Shown one piece after another: positions 49,532 through 59,967 of a stretch of DNA of 64,000 nt. A program made the position numbers and the translations under genes. The notes under the pieces are model-generated. The model did no database searches. It worked only from the letters and a program-made list of their open reading frames with translations, and was not told the DNA's origin. Source of the stretch: Nitrospinales bacterium (GTDB lineage: Bacteria > Nitrospinota > Nitrospinia > Nitrospinales > VA-1); NCBI GenBank assembly GCA_965223795.1, contig CBDCXL010000002.1, positions 1,376,001-1,440,000 of the forward strand, written 5' to 3'. Positions within the stretch are counted from its first letter, which is position 1; each line of letters opens with the position of its first letter.

Positions 49532-52465
49532 ATGTTTGAACGATTCAAACTCAAATACGCTGCCATAAGATCGCTGCTCTGTTCGCGCATCGTGACCGTT
49601 TCGATGTTGTTGTGCGTATTTTTATTTTCGGGTTTCACCGGCGCGAGTTTCGCCGGTGAAAAACTCACCGCGTTTGCACCGGTAATCGCGGATTCATTTC
49701 TCACGAACACCAGCACTGCGTTTGCCGCCCAAGCGTCCACCTCTGCTGCGCCCCCTTCCGCAACGAGCGCGGGCCTTCTGGGAACCGGCGGGTTCGACCT
49801 TCGGGACCGGCTGCTGCTCGGCTTTGAACTTCTTTCCCTGCTGTTTCTGATCGTTCTTTTCTTCCAGGTTCGTAAACGCGCCATCGAACGCGAACGCTCC
49901 AAGGCGCAGGAACAAATCCGCCAGAACGAAACGCGCATGGACAAGGTCCTGCATCATGTGGTGGACGGCTTCGTCACCCTGGACGCGGAAGGAACGATCG
50001 ACAGCTTCAACCCGGCGGCGGAACGCATATTCGGACATCGGGCGGCGGACATCCTCGGCAAACACTTCGGTCTGCTGATCGCGCAACCGGACCGGGACAG
50101 CACGACGGCGTCACCGAAACAACTGCTTGAGTCATTGGCCGGCGATCTCGCGGAACGAACGGGGCTGCGCCGGGACGGCACGGAATTTCCCCTGGAGATC
50201 GCCATCAGCGAATTCACGGATGCGGGCAGGCCGGCCTACACCGCTGTTTTGCGGGACATCACGGAACGCAAGCGGCAGGAGGAAGCGCTGCGCCAGGAGA
50301 CGGCTTACGTGCAGCTTTTGCAGGAAGTCTCAGGAGCCGCCAACGAAGCGGAAACGCTGGAGCAGGCGATCCAGATGACGCTGGAAAAAATCTGCAACCT
50401 GACCGGCTGGTCCATCGGCCATTTGTATCTTCCCAACGGCGACACGCCTCCCGATCTGATTTCGACGCCGGTGTGGCACCTCAACGACCCGCAGCGCCTG
50501 GCGGCGTTCCGCGAAGCCACGGACCGGCAAACCTTGAAATACGGAGAAAGCCTGCCCGGCAAGGTGCTCGCCACGGGCGAGCACAGCTGGATCCGCCGGT
50601 TCGCGCTGGACACCGCGCACAAGCGCAGCCGCCTGGCCGCAGAGTTCGGCATCGAAAGCGGCTTCGCGTTTCCCATCCTGATCGGCCGCGAGGTGGTCGG
50701 TGTGATGGAGTTCTTCTCGACGTTCGTCATGCCTCCGGATCAGCGTCTTCTGGATGTGATCGACCAGATCGGCACCCAGCTGGGACGCGTGGTGGAGCGC
50801 AAACGGGCGGAGAACGAAATCATTCGCGCGAAAGAAAAGGCGGAAGCGGCGCAGCAGGCGGCCGACCGCGCCAGCCAGGCGAAAAGCGAGTTTCTCGCCA
50901 ACATGAGCCATGAAATCCGCACGCCCATGAACGCCATCATCGGGATGAGCGATCTGTTGTCCGAATCCGAGCTGACCGACGATCAGCGGCAGCTGGTCAA
51001 GGTGTTCAAAGGCGCGGGGGAAAACCTGCTCTTTCTCATCGACGACATCCTCGATATCTCCAAGGTCGAGTCGGGTCAGATCGAGCTGGAAGCCATCGAC
51101 TTCAACCTGCGGGCGCTGGTTGAAAAGACGATCGAAATCCTGGATCTCAAGGCGCAGGAAAAGGGACTGTCGCTCAACTATCACTTTTCACCGGATGTGC
51201 CGAGCCACCTGATCGGCGATTCGCACCGGCTGCGACAGGTGTTCACCAACCTGATCGGCAACGCCATCAAATTCACCGAACAGGGCGAGGTTCTGGTGCG
51301 GGTGGACAAGGATCCGGATGATGCGGACCCCGGCGCGCTGTTGTTTTCCGTGTCGGACACGGGTGTCGGGATCGCGGAAGAAAAGCTGGAGACGATCTTC
51401 TCCAGTTTTTCCCAGGCGGATTCCTCGACCACGCGCAAGTTCGGCGGCACCGGGCTGGGGCTTGCGATCACCCGCAAACTGATTTCACTGATGAGCGGAC
51501 GCATCTGGGTGGACAGCGAGGTGTCGCGGGGCAGCACATTTTATTTCACCGTGCGTTTTCAGATTCAGGACGCGGCGCCGCAGGCGCCGGAGCACAAACC
51601 GGAACGGCTGCAGGGCCTGAAAACGCTGTGGATCGAGCACCGCCCTTCCATCCGCGGCATGGTGCGGGATCAGCTTGCGGACTGGGGGCTCAAGGTCACG
51701 GCGGTGCAAAACGCGCAACGGGCCCTGGATGCTCTCGCCAAAGCCAAGCGTGCCGGCGCCCCCTTTCAACTGCTTTTGCTCAACAGCCGGCTTCCCGGCA
51801 TCGGCGGATTCGGTCTGCTGGAACGGATGGAAAAGGAACACGGCGTGCGGCTGCCGACGCTGATGATCCTGCCGATCGACACCCGCAAGGGCGATCTGGA
51901 AACCTGCCGGGACAATGGCATCGTCGACTACATGACCAAATTCATCCAGCCGGAAACGCTGATGGAAAAAATCAACACGACGCTGGGTTTCGACCTTCCG
52001 CAGCAGGAAAGGGAAAAGCAGCACGTTCTCAAAGCAATCGGCACCCCGCCGGAACGGGCGCTGCAGATCCTTCTGGTCGAGGATTCCGACGACAACCGCC
52101 TGCTGGTGCAGCTCTACCTCAAGAACACGCCGCACGCTCTCGATACGGCGGAACACGGCGAGGAGGCGATCGACATGTATGCCCGTGGACAATATGATCT
52201 GGTGTTCATGGACATGCAGATGCCGGTCATGGACGGCTACACGGCGACGCGCAAGATCCGCGCGCTGGAACGCCTGACCGACCGGCCGCAGATCCCTATC
52301 GTGGCGCTGACGTCGCACGCGCTCAAGGGGGACATGGAAAAATGCCTGGACTCGGGCTGCACGAATTTCGTGTCCAAACCGATACGCAAGGACCAGCTGC
52401 TCGAAACCATCCGCCATTACGCTGAAAAAGCGGAAAGCACCGCCGGCCACAACGCGGCGCGCTGA
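49532..52465 (+). CDS. Hybrid sensor kinase (TM - PAS - GAF - HisKA - HATPase - pseudo-REC - REC)
   Basis: [43 protein letters not shown], final [11 protein letters not shown]. Start position uncertain. Confidence 0.92.
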   Translation: MFERFKLKYAAIRSLLCSRIVTVSMLLCVFLFSGFTGASFAGEKLTAFAPVIADSFLTNTSTAFAAQASTSAAPPSATSAGLLGTGGFDLRDRLLLGFELLSLLFLIVLFFQVRKRAIERERSKAQEQIRQNETRMDKVLHHVVDGFVTLDAEGTIDSFNPAAERIFGHRAADILGKHFGLLIAQPDRDSTTASPKQLLESLAGDLAERTGLRRDGTEFPLEIAISEFTDAGRPAYTAVLRDITERKRQEEALRQETAYVQLLQEVSGAANEAETLEQAIQMTLEKICNLTGWSIGHLYLPNGDTPPDLISTPVWHLNDPQRLAAFREATDRQTLKYGESLPGKVLATGEHSWIRRFALDTAHKRSRLAAEFGIESGFAFPILIGREVVGVMEFFSTFVMPPDQRLLDVIDQIGTQLGRVVERKRAENEIIRAKEKAEAAQQAADRASQAKSEFLANMSHEIRTPMNAIIGMSDLLSESELTDDQRQLVKVFKGAGENLLFLIDDILDISKVESGQIELEAIDFNLRALVEKTIEILDLKAQEKGLSLNYHFSPDVPSHLIGDSHRLRQVFTNLIGNAIKFTEQGEVLVRVDKDPDDADPGALLFSVSDTGVGIAEEKLETIFSSFSQADSSTTRKFGGTGLGLAITRKLISLMSGRIWVDSEVSRGSTFYFTVRFQIQDAAPQAPEHKPERLQGLKTLWIEHRPSIRGMVRDQLADWGLKVTAVQNAQRALDALAKAKRAGAPFQLLLLNSRLPGIGGFGLLERMEKEHGVRLPTLMILPIDTRKGDLETCRDNGIVDYMTKFIQPETLMEKINTTLGFDLPQQEREKQHVLKAIGTPPERALQILLVEDSDDNRLLVQLYLKNTPHALDTAEHGEEAIDMYARGQYDLVFMDMQMPVMDGYTATRKIRALERLTDRPQIPIVALTSHALKGDMEKCLDSGCTNFVSKPIRKDQLLETIRHYAEKAESTAGHNAAR

Positions 52466-52609
52466 CGCCTGCCCACACGCCTCATCTCATTAAAACCGGT
52501 TTAAAATGAAGGCATGCCGCAGTGGAGCGCGGTTGGACGGAAGAGTGCGTTTTTTTCAACGGCACTCTGTGTTTTCAGGATGGAAACTTCGATGCGAGGG
52601 GCAACGGAT

Positions 52610-52825
52610 TCAGTGGTCTTTGGAGACGACCGTTCTCCACTTGGTGCTTTTTAGATAAATCAGCATGTTGGGGGAATTCTGCATGTGGTTGATGGCGACC
52701 ACTTCCCAGTACCGGCTGCCCAGCTCGGAAAGCCTTTTTTCAAGTTCCAGCACCTCCCCCTCGGACACCGGAATGGGTTCCTTCAAAATCTTGTAATTCC
52801 ACTGATACTTTTCAAACACAGCCAT
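52610..52825 (-). CDS. Small DUF4177-like protein
   Basis: AGGAAGGA RBS. WNYKI...LEKRLSELGSRYWEVV...YLK pattern. Confidence 0.6.
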   Translation of the reverse strand: MAVFEKYQWNYKILKEPIPVSEGEVLELEKRLSELGSRYWEVVAINHMQNSPNMLIYLKSTKWRTVVSKDH

Positions 52826-53402
52826 GAGGGTCCTTCCTGTTTGAAGATCGTTTGATTTCCTTTTCGCCGCCGGAACAGGAAGCCTTTGCCCTGCTTTTCT
52901 TAATGATTCGACGGCCCTGCCGGAAAAATAAAACGGTTTGCTCAAAATAAAGCAATCTTTATACCAATTTCAGGGGACTGGGCGCATATTGCGCTCATGC
53001 CCACAACTCCGAAACCGGCTGCAACTCCTATGGAACAGGGAGCGGGTCCCCATCGGAAAGCGGTCCTTCGGCCCCCTTTGCGCTCGCGCAAATTGTCACC
53101 CGCAAACCCCTGATACATAATGACTTGCGCACAGTCTCGCAATGGGTTTGATTTTTTGGGGTTAATGCCCAGCCTAAAAAGGGCGGGTTTCATGTTCCTC
53201 AAAGGTTCTGGAAAGTCGTTGCCAATGAAATCTTTCCCGACTCGCTGCCGCCTCCACCGGCGGATGGGACTCCGGTTTGCGGCTGGACCGGGGCCTTTTT
53301 TGACAAATTTTGTCAATCCAACGGCCCTGCTGAAGATTTACATACGATTTTTGTCATCCCAGGCAGGGGGCTTGTGACTGAATTTCTGTGCCTTTCCGGA
53401 GC

Positions 53403-53418
53403 TGGCATGGGACTTGCT
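53403..53418 (+). promoter_or_regulatory. Sigma-54 (-24/-12) promoter
   Basis: TGGCAT-GGGAC-TTGCT with exact GG-N10-GC spacing, about 80 bp upstream of an AGGAGG-led ORF. Confidence 0.7.
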
Positions 53419-53495
53419 CTAACACAGGATCAAGAGGGTGTGATGTGGATCACATAGCCCCTCACCGTCATTCATCTAGAAGGAGGATTCGTATC

Positions 53496-53846
53496 ATGAA
53501 TCGAGAGAATCGGGGCCTGGCACGTTCGCTGTTCGTACGCAAAGCCATCCTGAGGATGCTGGAAGTCGTACTGGGCGTCAATCATCCGATGGTTGCCAAG
53601 TACCTGAACTACCTGGGAAAAAATTATAAAGTGAAGGGCAACACGGCGAAAGCGGAATTGTTTTATGTGCGTTCTCTGCAGATCCGTGAGGATGTGCTGG
53701 GACCGGAACATCCTGAAGTTGCGGATTCGCTGACGCGCCTTGCCAGTCTCTATGAGGAAATGAAAGATTTCGCCCGCTCCAAACCGCTGCACCAGCGTGC
53801 CGAAAAAATCTTCCAGAAGGTGGAACACTCGGCCGTCGCCTGCTGA
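53496..53846 (+). CDS. Short TPR protein (kinesin-light-chain-like repeats)
   Basis: AGGAGG RBS. LGVNHPMVAKYLNYLG and LGPEHPEVADSLTRLA 42-aa repeats. Confidence 0.8.
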   Translation: MNRENRGLARSLFVRKAILRMLEVVLGVNHPMVAKYLNYLGKNYKVKGNTAKAELFYVRSLQIREDVLGPEHPEVADSLTRLASLYEEMKDFARSKPLHQRAEKIFQKVEHSAVAC

Positions 53847-53988
53847 TCACCCCCAGCGGACGGCCTTGCGTTTAGGCAATGGCTGTCTGCTCTTTTAGAG
53901 GCTCGCGAGGTCGCGGCCGCACGGCCGCGAACACCTCTCCCGCCTTCCCCGCATCCGTTCCCTGCATTGCCGCTGCGGTGCGCTGCTT

Positions 53989-54756
53989 TCAGGGCGCCTC
54001 TGTTTTCTTACGCAGATTCACGCTGGATTGCGCCAGCGTTCTGAGCGCCTGTCTGCCTTCGTTGAGCAGGGAGGGTTGCGTGTCCTTTTGCGCCCGGAGC
54101 TCGAGGATGAGGACGTCTTTTTCCAGGGGAATTCCGTACAGGGTTCTCGGCTCTCCCGCCAGGGTGACGTCACCGCGGTGCAGCGTTCCCAGTTCCGCGA
54201 AGCGCTCCTGGGTGAGGGTGAGCGCGCCGGGTGATCCCGCTGGATGAAATTCCGGAAACACGTGCAGGTAGCCTTTGATCAGATCGCCGGGAATGGGGTC
54301 GAGGCTGTCGTAGTGCCATTTGCGGAACAACTGCGCCAGATCCCGCTCTGAAGTGGAAGCGGCAAGAATGAGCATTTTTCCGGAAACGTGGCGGAATCCG
54401 ATGTCCACCGAAAACAGATTTTTCTCTTTCGGCCGCACGGTTTTGGGCAGCCGGTCGCGGGTGAAATCGCTGCGGCTTCTTTCGCGGCTGTATTTGAAGT
54501 AGCGCTCCGAGGGCTGAGGCTCGATGACCCGAAAGCCGTATTCCCGGGTGTACGTCCACGCATCCGGATCGACCTGCCAGCCGGGACCCGGCAGGGTGAA
54601 CGCATAGCCGCGAAACCCCTGCACAAAGCGGTCGTCCTCGACCCTTTTCGACGAACAGGCGGACGCCAGGGCGACCGCGGACAGCACAGCCAGCGCCAGA
54701 CACAAAAACGCTTTAACAGACATCTGTTTGCAATCCGATTGCGGGGAATCTTTCAT
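53989..54756 (-). CDS. Hypothetical lipoprotein
   Basis: Hydrophobic leader with LASAC lipobox. The start may instead be 54723. Confidence 0.65.
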   Translation of the reverse strand: MKDSPQSDCKQMSVKAFLCLALAVLSAVALASACSSKRVEDDRFVQGFRGYAFTLPGPGWQVDPDAWTYTREYGFRVIEPQPSERYFKYSRERSRSDFTRDRLPKTVRPKEKNLFSVDIGFRHVSGKMLILAASTSERDLAQLFRKWHYDSLDPIPGDLIKGYLHVFPEFHPAGSPGALTLTQERFAELGTLHRGDVTLAGEPRTLYGIPLEKDVLILELRAQKDTQPSLLNEGRQALRTLAQSSVNLRKKTEAP

Positions 54757-54974
54757 ATGGGTTTTTAATCGGGGATCCGGGTGACGGAGACGCCTTCATG
54801 ATAGCAGGGGAGATCCTATCGGGTGCGATGAAAAACCCAAAGGGCCCACATCACATACCGGCGATCCTTATTTGCGCAATTGGGTGCGGATTTTCAGGTT
54901 GATGCGGCGTCTCCCCGGCATGCCGGACAGCGCAAAACGGGCTTTGCATGCGGGCGGACGGCTGTCATAACTCA

Positions 54975-55003
54975 TTGACTCTTTGTGCTTAATTCGCTAC
55001 TCT
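54975..55003 (+). promoter_or_regulatory. Putative sigma-70 promoter
   Basis: TTGACT-N17-TACTCT upstream of the response regulator. Confidence 0.45.
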
Positions 55004-55174
55004 ATTAGTACCTTTTCCTTCTTTGTATTATTAAATTTGCGCGAATTCTCTCCGATTGGTTGAGAATGCACGGGTTACACGATCGCCTTCTGAGCGGTGT
55101 GCTTTTCAAGCCGGCCCGCAATGCGGTCCCGGCTGGCTAACGGCGAACAACTCTTCAATGATCAAGGTTTTTTC

Positions 55175-55636
55175 ATGACAAGGAACGCCAACGACCACGT
55201 GATCCTGGTCGTCGAGGACAGCGATGTCGATTATGAAACAACGCGGCGCGCGCTGCGTGCGGCGGGGATCGAGAAAGGACTCCGGCGCTGCCTCGATGGG
55301 GAAAGCGTTCTGGATTATCTATACCGCCGCGGTGAGTACAGCGACCCGAAAGACGCGCCCAGGCCTTATCTGATCCTCATGGATCTCAACCTTCCGGGGA
55401 CCGACGGCAGACAGGTGATCGAGGAAATCAAGAACGACGCGAAGCTGCGCTGGATCCCCATCGTCGTGCTGTCCACTTCGTCTTACCCCAAAGACATCGA
55501 AGAAACGTACCGCGCGGGCGTCAACGCCTATATCCACAAATCCATCGAGCTGGAAAACTTTTTCAGCACCATCAAAGTCTTTAAGGAGTTCTGGCTGCAA
55601 ACGGCCTGGCTCCCCATGGAGGAAGCCGGACCGTGA
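55175..55636 (+). CDS. Single-domain response regulator, Rcp1-like
   Basis: VVEDSDVD, LDYLYRRGEY, LILMDLNLPGTDG, LSTSSYPKDI, C-terminal EFWL. Confidence 0.9.
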   Translation: MTRNANDHVILVVEDSDVDYETTRRALRAAGIEKGLRRCLDGESVLDYLYRRGEYSDPKDAPRPYLILMDLNLPGTDGRQVIEEIKNDAKLRWIPIVVLSTSSYPKDIEETYRAGVNAYIHKSIELENFFSTIKVFKEFWLQTAWLPMEEAGP

Positions 55637-56670
55637 ACGCACCCCGTATTAAAGTGCTCTTGATCGACGACGCCCGCGAAGACCGGGAAACGTACAGCCG
55701 CCTGATTCGCCAAGGCCTGTATCAGGATTGCCGCATTCTGGAAAGCGGCGATGGGGAAGAGGGGCTGGATCTCTGTCTCAAGGAACACCCGGACTGTGTG
55801 CTTCTCGATTACCGTCTTCCGGATATCGACGGTCTGGATTTTTTGTCGCGGCTCAAAGCGGTTTCGTTTTCCGGGGCGCTGATCATGATCACCGGGCAGG
55901 GCGATGAAACGGTGGCGGTGCAGGCGATCAAGGAAGGGGCCGCGGATTACCTGATCAAGGACCGGCTCACGGTCGAACTATTACAGGCGAGCATCACCAG
56001 GGCTCTCAAGAACAAGAAACTTGTGGAAGCGAAAAAGCGGGCGGAGGAAAAGCTCAAGGATCACACGGTGAAACTGAAAAAAAGCAACGAAAGCAAAGAC
56101 AGTCTGATCCGGGAACTCACCCTGCTGAGAAACCAGCTCGAGGTCTCCGCCAAAACCGATCCCTTGACCGGACTTTTCAACCGCCGGGAACTGGAAGAGA
56201 AACTCCGCTACGAAAAAATCCGCTTCGAGCGTTCGCGCAAACCGTTTTCGGTGATCATGGCCGACATAGACCATTTCAAAAAAGTCAATGACACGTACGG
56301 CCACGAAGCGGGAGACCGTGTGCTGAAAGGAGTCGCGGACATGCTGATTCAGCAATCCCGAAAGCAGGATGTGGTCTGCCGCTGGGGCGGAGAGGAGTTC
56401 ATCATTTTTCTTCCGGAAACGCATCTTGAAGGCGCCGTCATCCTGGCCGGCAAACTGCGCACGCGCATCGAGTCGCAGCCCCTGCTGTCGCGGCCGGAAC
56501 CCGTCTCCGTCACCCTGAGTTTCGGCGTGAGCACCTACAACAACTCCCGTATGACACTCGAAACCCTGCTACAGGAAGCGGACACCTGCCTGTACGAGGC
56601 GAAACAGAAAGGCCGCAATTCTGTGAGCTACGTGTCGCACGTCAGCACCCTGCTGCAAAACCTCGCCTGA
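55633..56670 (+). CDS. REC-GGDEF diguanylate cyclase
   Basis: REC LLDYRLP, TDPLTGLFNRR, DIDHFKKVNDTYGH, I-site RKQD, GGEEF. Confidence 0.93.
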   Translation: MNAPRIKVLLIDDAREDRETYSRLIRQGLYQDCRILESGDGEEGLDLCLKEHPDCVLLDYRLPDIDGLDFLSRLKAVSFSGALIMITGQGDETVAVQAIKEGAADYLIKDRLTVELLQASITRALKNKKLVEAKKRAEEKLKDHTVKLKKSNESKDSLIRELTLLRNQLEVSAKTDPLTGLFNRRELEEKLRYEKIRFERSRKPFSVIMADIDHFKKVNDTYGHEAGDRVLKGVADMLIQQSRKQDVVCRWGGEEFIIFLPETHLEGAVILAGKLRTRIESQPLLSRPEPVSVTLSFGVSTYNNSRMTLETLLQEADTCLYEAKQKGRNSVSYVSHVSTLLQNLA

Positions 56671-56856
56671 CCTTCAAACCGCCGTCATTCACTTCCTCAA
56701 GCCCGATTTCGGCTCCGCATTTGGGGCGTCTTAAGCTGCTCTGATGCTGCGAGTCACTACCCGGATCAGGGTATTTAACGGCCGGTTTTTCCGCTTCTTT
56801 CTCCAGTTGCGGCAGGCCCATACCCCACCCCGAAAACACGGTAACCACTTGTTTTA

Positions 56857-56884
56857 TTGACTTTTTTATGGCGTTTGCTACAAT
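56857..56884 (+). promoter_or_regulatory. Putative sigma-70 promoter with extended -10
   Basis: TTGACT-N16-TACAAT with TG one base before the -10 hexamer. Confidence 0.5.
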
Positions 56885-57033
56885 TATATACACTACGCAT
56901 TTCTATGTACATTTAACGGCCCGCGCGCTGCCACGCATTTCCATGAGTGAGTCGATCGCACGCCGCCGCGCGGAAACGACCACAATTTAAGGGTCTTGAA
57001 ATCCGAGCCCCCGCACGATTTGGAGCTGTCACG

Positions 57034-58017
57034 ATGATGACGCAAAAGCCCGCCTTGAAACTGCTGATCGTGGACGACAATGCCGAAGACCGGGAGACCT
57101 ACAAGCGCCTTGTGAAAAACGTGAAAGAGGCCGAGTTTTCTTTTCTGGAATCAGAAACGGGAGAAGAAGGCCTTGGCCTGTGCGCGAAAGAAAATCCGGA
57201 CTGCATTCTTCTCGATTACATCCTGCCCGATATCGACGGGCTGCAATTCATCGCTTCACTGAAGGAAAAATCACTGAAGCAACCGGTGATCATGCTGACC
57301 GGACAGGGGGACGAAACGGTGGCGGTGCTGGCGATCAAGGAGGGTGCGGAAAACTACCTGGTCAAAGAACATATCACCTCTTCCCTGCTGCGGAACACGA
57401 TTTTCAAATCGCTGAAAAAAAACGGCAGCGCGGGCAACGGCAACGGGTCCATGGCGCATGGCAACGGCGGCACGAACGGACGCAGCAACGGCTCCGCGAA
57501 AGACAACGCGTCCGATGAACAGGCGCTGATCTCGGAAATCGAGATTTTGAAGAAAAAACTCAACGAAGGCACGACGGACCCGGTGACGGGTCTGCCCAAC
57601 CGCAAGGGGATGACGGAAAAAATTCATTCTGAAACACTCCGGTTCAAACGCAACCGGATGCCTTTCTCCATGATGGTCGCGGACATCGACGATTTCTCCC
57701 TGCTGCAGGCCAAGCACGGACCGGAAGCGGGCGAAGGCATTCTGAGGCAGGTGGGCGACATCCTGAAAAACTCCTGCCGGGAACTGGACATGGTCGGACG
57801 CTGGCAGGACGAGCGTTTTCTCATCCTGCTGCCGGAAACCAACCTAGACGGCGGTTCGGTGCTGGCGGAAAAGTTCTGCAAGCAGATCGAATCGGAGAAA
57901 TTCCGCTTCCAGAACGACGACATTCCACTCAGCATGAGCTTCCGGGTCGGGGTCTACGACGATCTCAATGTGAATATGGACGAATGCATTCAGCAGATGG
58001 ACGCCCGTTTTCACTGA
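57034..58017 (+). CDS. REC plus degenerate GGDEF protein
   Basis: REC is paralogous to the upstream DGC. TDPVTGLPNR and RELD are present, but the active site reads QDERF. Confidence 0.85.
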   Translation: MMTQKPALKLLIVDDNAEDRETYKRLVKNVKEAEFSFLESETGEEGLGLCAKENPDCILLDYILPDIDGLQFIASLKEKSLKQPVIMLTGQGDETVAVLAIKEGAENYLVKEHITSSLLRNTIFKSLKKNGSAGNGNGSMAHGNGGTNGRSNGSAKDNASDEQALISEIEILKKKLNEGTTDPVTGLPNRKGMTEKIHSETLRFKRNRMPFSMMVADIDDFSLLQAKHGPEAGEGILRQVGDILKNSCRELDMVGRWQDERFLILLPETNLDGGSVLAEKFCKQIESEKFRFQNDDIPLSMSFRVGVYDDLNVNMDECIQQMDARFH

Positions 58018-58308
58018 TCTGTGCCGCAGCGACCGCCCGTTGTGAAAAATACCCTTCCTTAAACAAGGCCGATTCCGCCTTTTTCACGCGTTGCCGCGTT
58101 GAGCCGAACGACTTCGCCAAATGGCATGAAATTCCGCGGCTTTTCGCAAACCCACTGCCACAGCCGTATCCGATCGCCCAAATCCAGGTATCGCTTTTCC
58201 GATGAAAATCCCCCATTTCGGCCCTCCCCCACCCTCAAATTTGAGCTAATTACTTGTTTTTTATGTATTTTTATGGCCTAATGAAGATTCATCCCTATAA
58301 ATAAAAAT

Positions 58309-59943
58309 ATGGCTGGGGCGAATCCCATGAGCGAATTAAAGTCATTCACCATTCCGCATACGCGGGGCAGCATCCTCACGAACCGTCTGTTTATGGTGGG
58401 TCTTCTGTGGACGGCGGTCATTCTGGCAATCGATCTGTCCGCTCCTCTGGGCGTGGCCGGCGGAGTGCCCTATGTCGGGCTGGTCCTGCTCAGCCTGTGG
58501 CTGCCGCAAAAGTGGTATATCAATCTCGCCGCAACGGGTGCCACGCTTCTCAACGTCATCGCGTTTTTCAAATCGTACACACCGTCCGCCGATCTGCTCA
58601 TCGTTCTTTCCAACCGGTTCATCGCTGTGTTCGCCATCTGGGTGACGGCGCTGTTGTGCTACCTGTACAAGCGCGACGAGGAAACACTGGAAGTGCGCAC
58701 CCGTGAGCTGGGGGAAACCCTGAAAACCGTCGAACAGATGAACCTTCAGCTTAAAGAAGCCAATCAGGAGCGCAGCCGGTTTCTGTCCTCCATGAGCCAT
58801 GAGCTGAGGACGCCCTTGAACGCCATTCTCGGATTCACCGACCTGTTGCGCGGCAAGTTTTTCGGCAGCCTGAACGACAAGCAACTGGGATACGTGACGC
58901 AGATTGAAAAAAGCGGCAAACACCTTCTCGATCTGATCAACGACCTTCTGGACATCGCGAAAATCGACGCGGGAGCCACCGAACTCAACCTTGAGGAATT
59001 CGACCCGAAAGAATTTCTGCTGGGCTCGGTGACGCTGATGCAGCCGCAATTCAAGAAAAAGGACCTGCAGGTCAAACTGTTCCTCGATCCCTCGCTGAAC
59101 ACGCTGACGGGAGACCGGCGCCGCTGCAACCAGATCATGCTCAACCTGCTTTCCAACGCCTACAAATACACGCCGCAGAACGGCCGCATCGAGGTCCGTA
59201 TCCTGAACAAGGGCGACGTCGCGAAATTTCTAGTGTCGGACACCGGCATCGGCATCCCCCAGGAGCATCAGGAAAATATCTTTTCCGAATTCCACCAGGC
59301 GGACCGGGAACGGGACGAAAACCTGGGCGGCACGGGCATCGGTCTGGCGTTGACACGCAGGCTGGTGGAATTTCACGGCGGCCAGATCGGCGTCGAAAGC
59401 GAGGAGGACAAAGGCAGCACCTTCTGGTTCACGCTGCCGGTGAATGCCCAGTCGCCGCAGCAGACCCCGTCCGTCGAAGAAGCCCCGAAACTGAACGATT
59501 CGGCGGTTTCGGGAAAACGCATTCTGGTGGTCGAGGACAACGAAGTCAATCTGGCGATGATCCTCGATATGCTGAGCATCTGCGACTTCAAGGTGATCGT
59601 CGCCCGCAACGGCCAGGAGGCTCTGGATCTCACGACAGCCAACAAACCCGACCTGATCCTCATGGACATCCGCATGCCCGTGATGGACGGCCTGGAAGCC
59701 ACCCGCAGACTGCGGGCGCAGCCGGAATTCGAAACGCTGCCCATCCTGGCGCTCACGGCCAGCGCCGGGCAGGAGGGCAAGGAAAAATGCTTTGAAGCAG
59801 GATGCACGGCGCATCTCTCCAAACCGATTCAATCGAAAGAACTGTTCGAGGCGCTTTCCAAACATCTGGGCCAGGACCTTTCCAGCGACATGGTCCTGCA
59901 CCCGGTGAAGAAAGAGGACGCCGCGGAAGAAGTGAATCCCTAA
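58309..59943 (+). CDS. Membrane hybrid histidine kinase (TM sensor - HisKA - HATPase - REC)
   Basis: SMSHELRTPLN, NLLSNAYKYT, GGTGIGL, ILMDIRMP. Confidence 0.92.
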   Translation: MAGANPMSELKSFTIPHTRGSILTNRLFMVGLLWTAVILAIDLSAPLGVAGGVPYVGLVLLSLWLPQKWYINLAATGATLLNVIAFFKSYTPSADLLIVLSNRFIAVFAIWVTALLCYLYKRDEETLEVRTRELGETLKTVEQMNLQLKEANQERSRFLSSMSHELRTPLNAILGFTDLLRGKFFGSLNDKQLGYVTQIEKSGKHLLDLINDLLDIAKIDAGATELNLEEFDPKEFLLGSVTLMQPQFKKKDLQVKLFLDPSLNTLTGDRRRCNQIMLNLLSNAYKYTPQNGRIEVRILNKGDVAKFLVSDTGIGIPQEHQENIFSEFHQADRERDENLGGTGIGLALTRRLVEFHGGQIGVESEEDKGSTFWFTLPVNAQSPQQTPSVEEAPKLNDSAVSGKRILVVEDNEVNLAMILDMLSICDFKVIVARNGQEALDLTTANKPDLILMDIRMPVMDGLEATRRLRAQPEFETLPILALTASAGQEGKEKCFEAGCTAHLSKPIQSKELFEALSKHLGQDLSSDMVLHPVKKEDAAEEVNP

Positions 59944-59967
59944 AGGAAACAACGAGGACACGCCTGG

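Noticed and set aside
52940..53390. c-di-GMP-I riboswitch or small ORFs in this intergenic region
   Set aside because: GCAAA words occur but the two-stem GEMM architecture could not be built, and the ORFs lack RBS and motifs.
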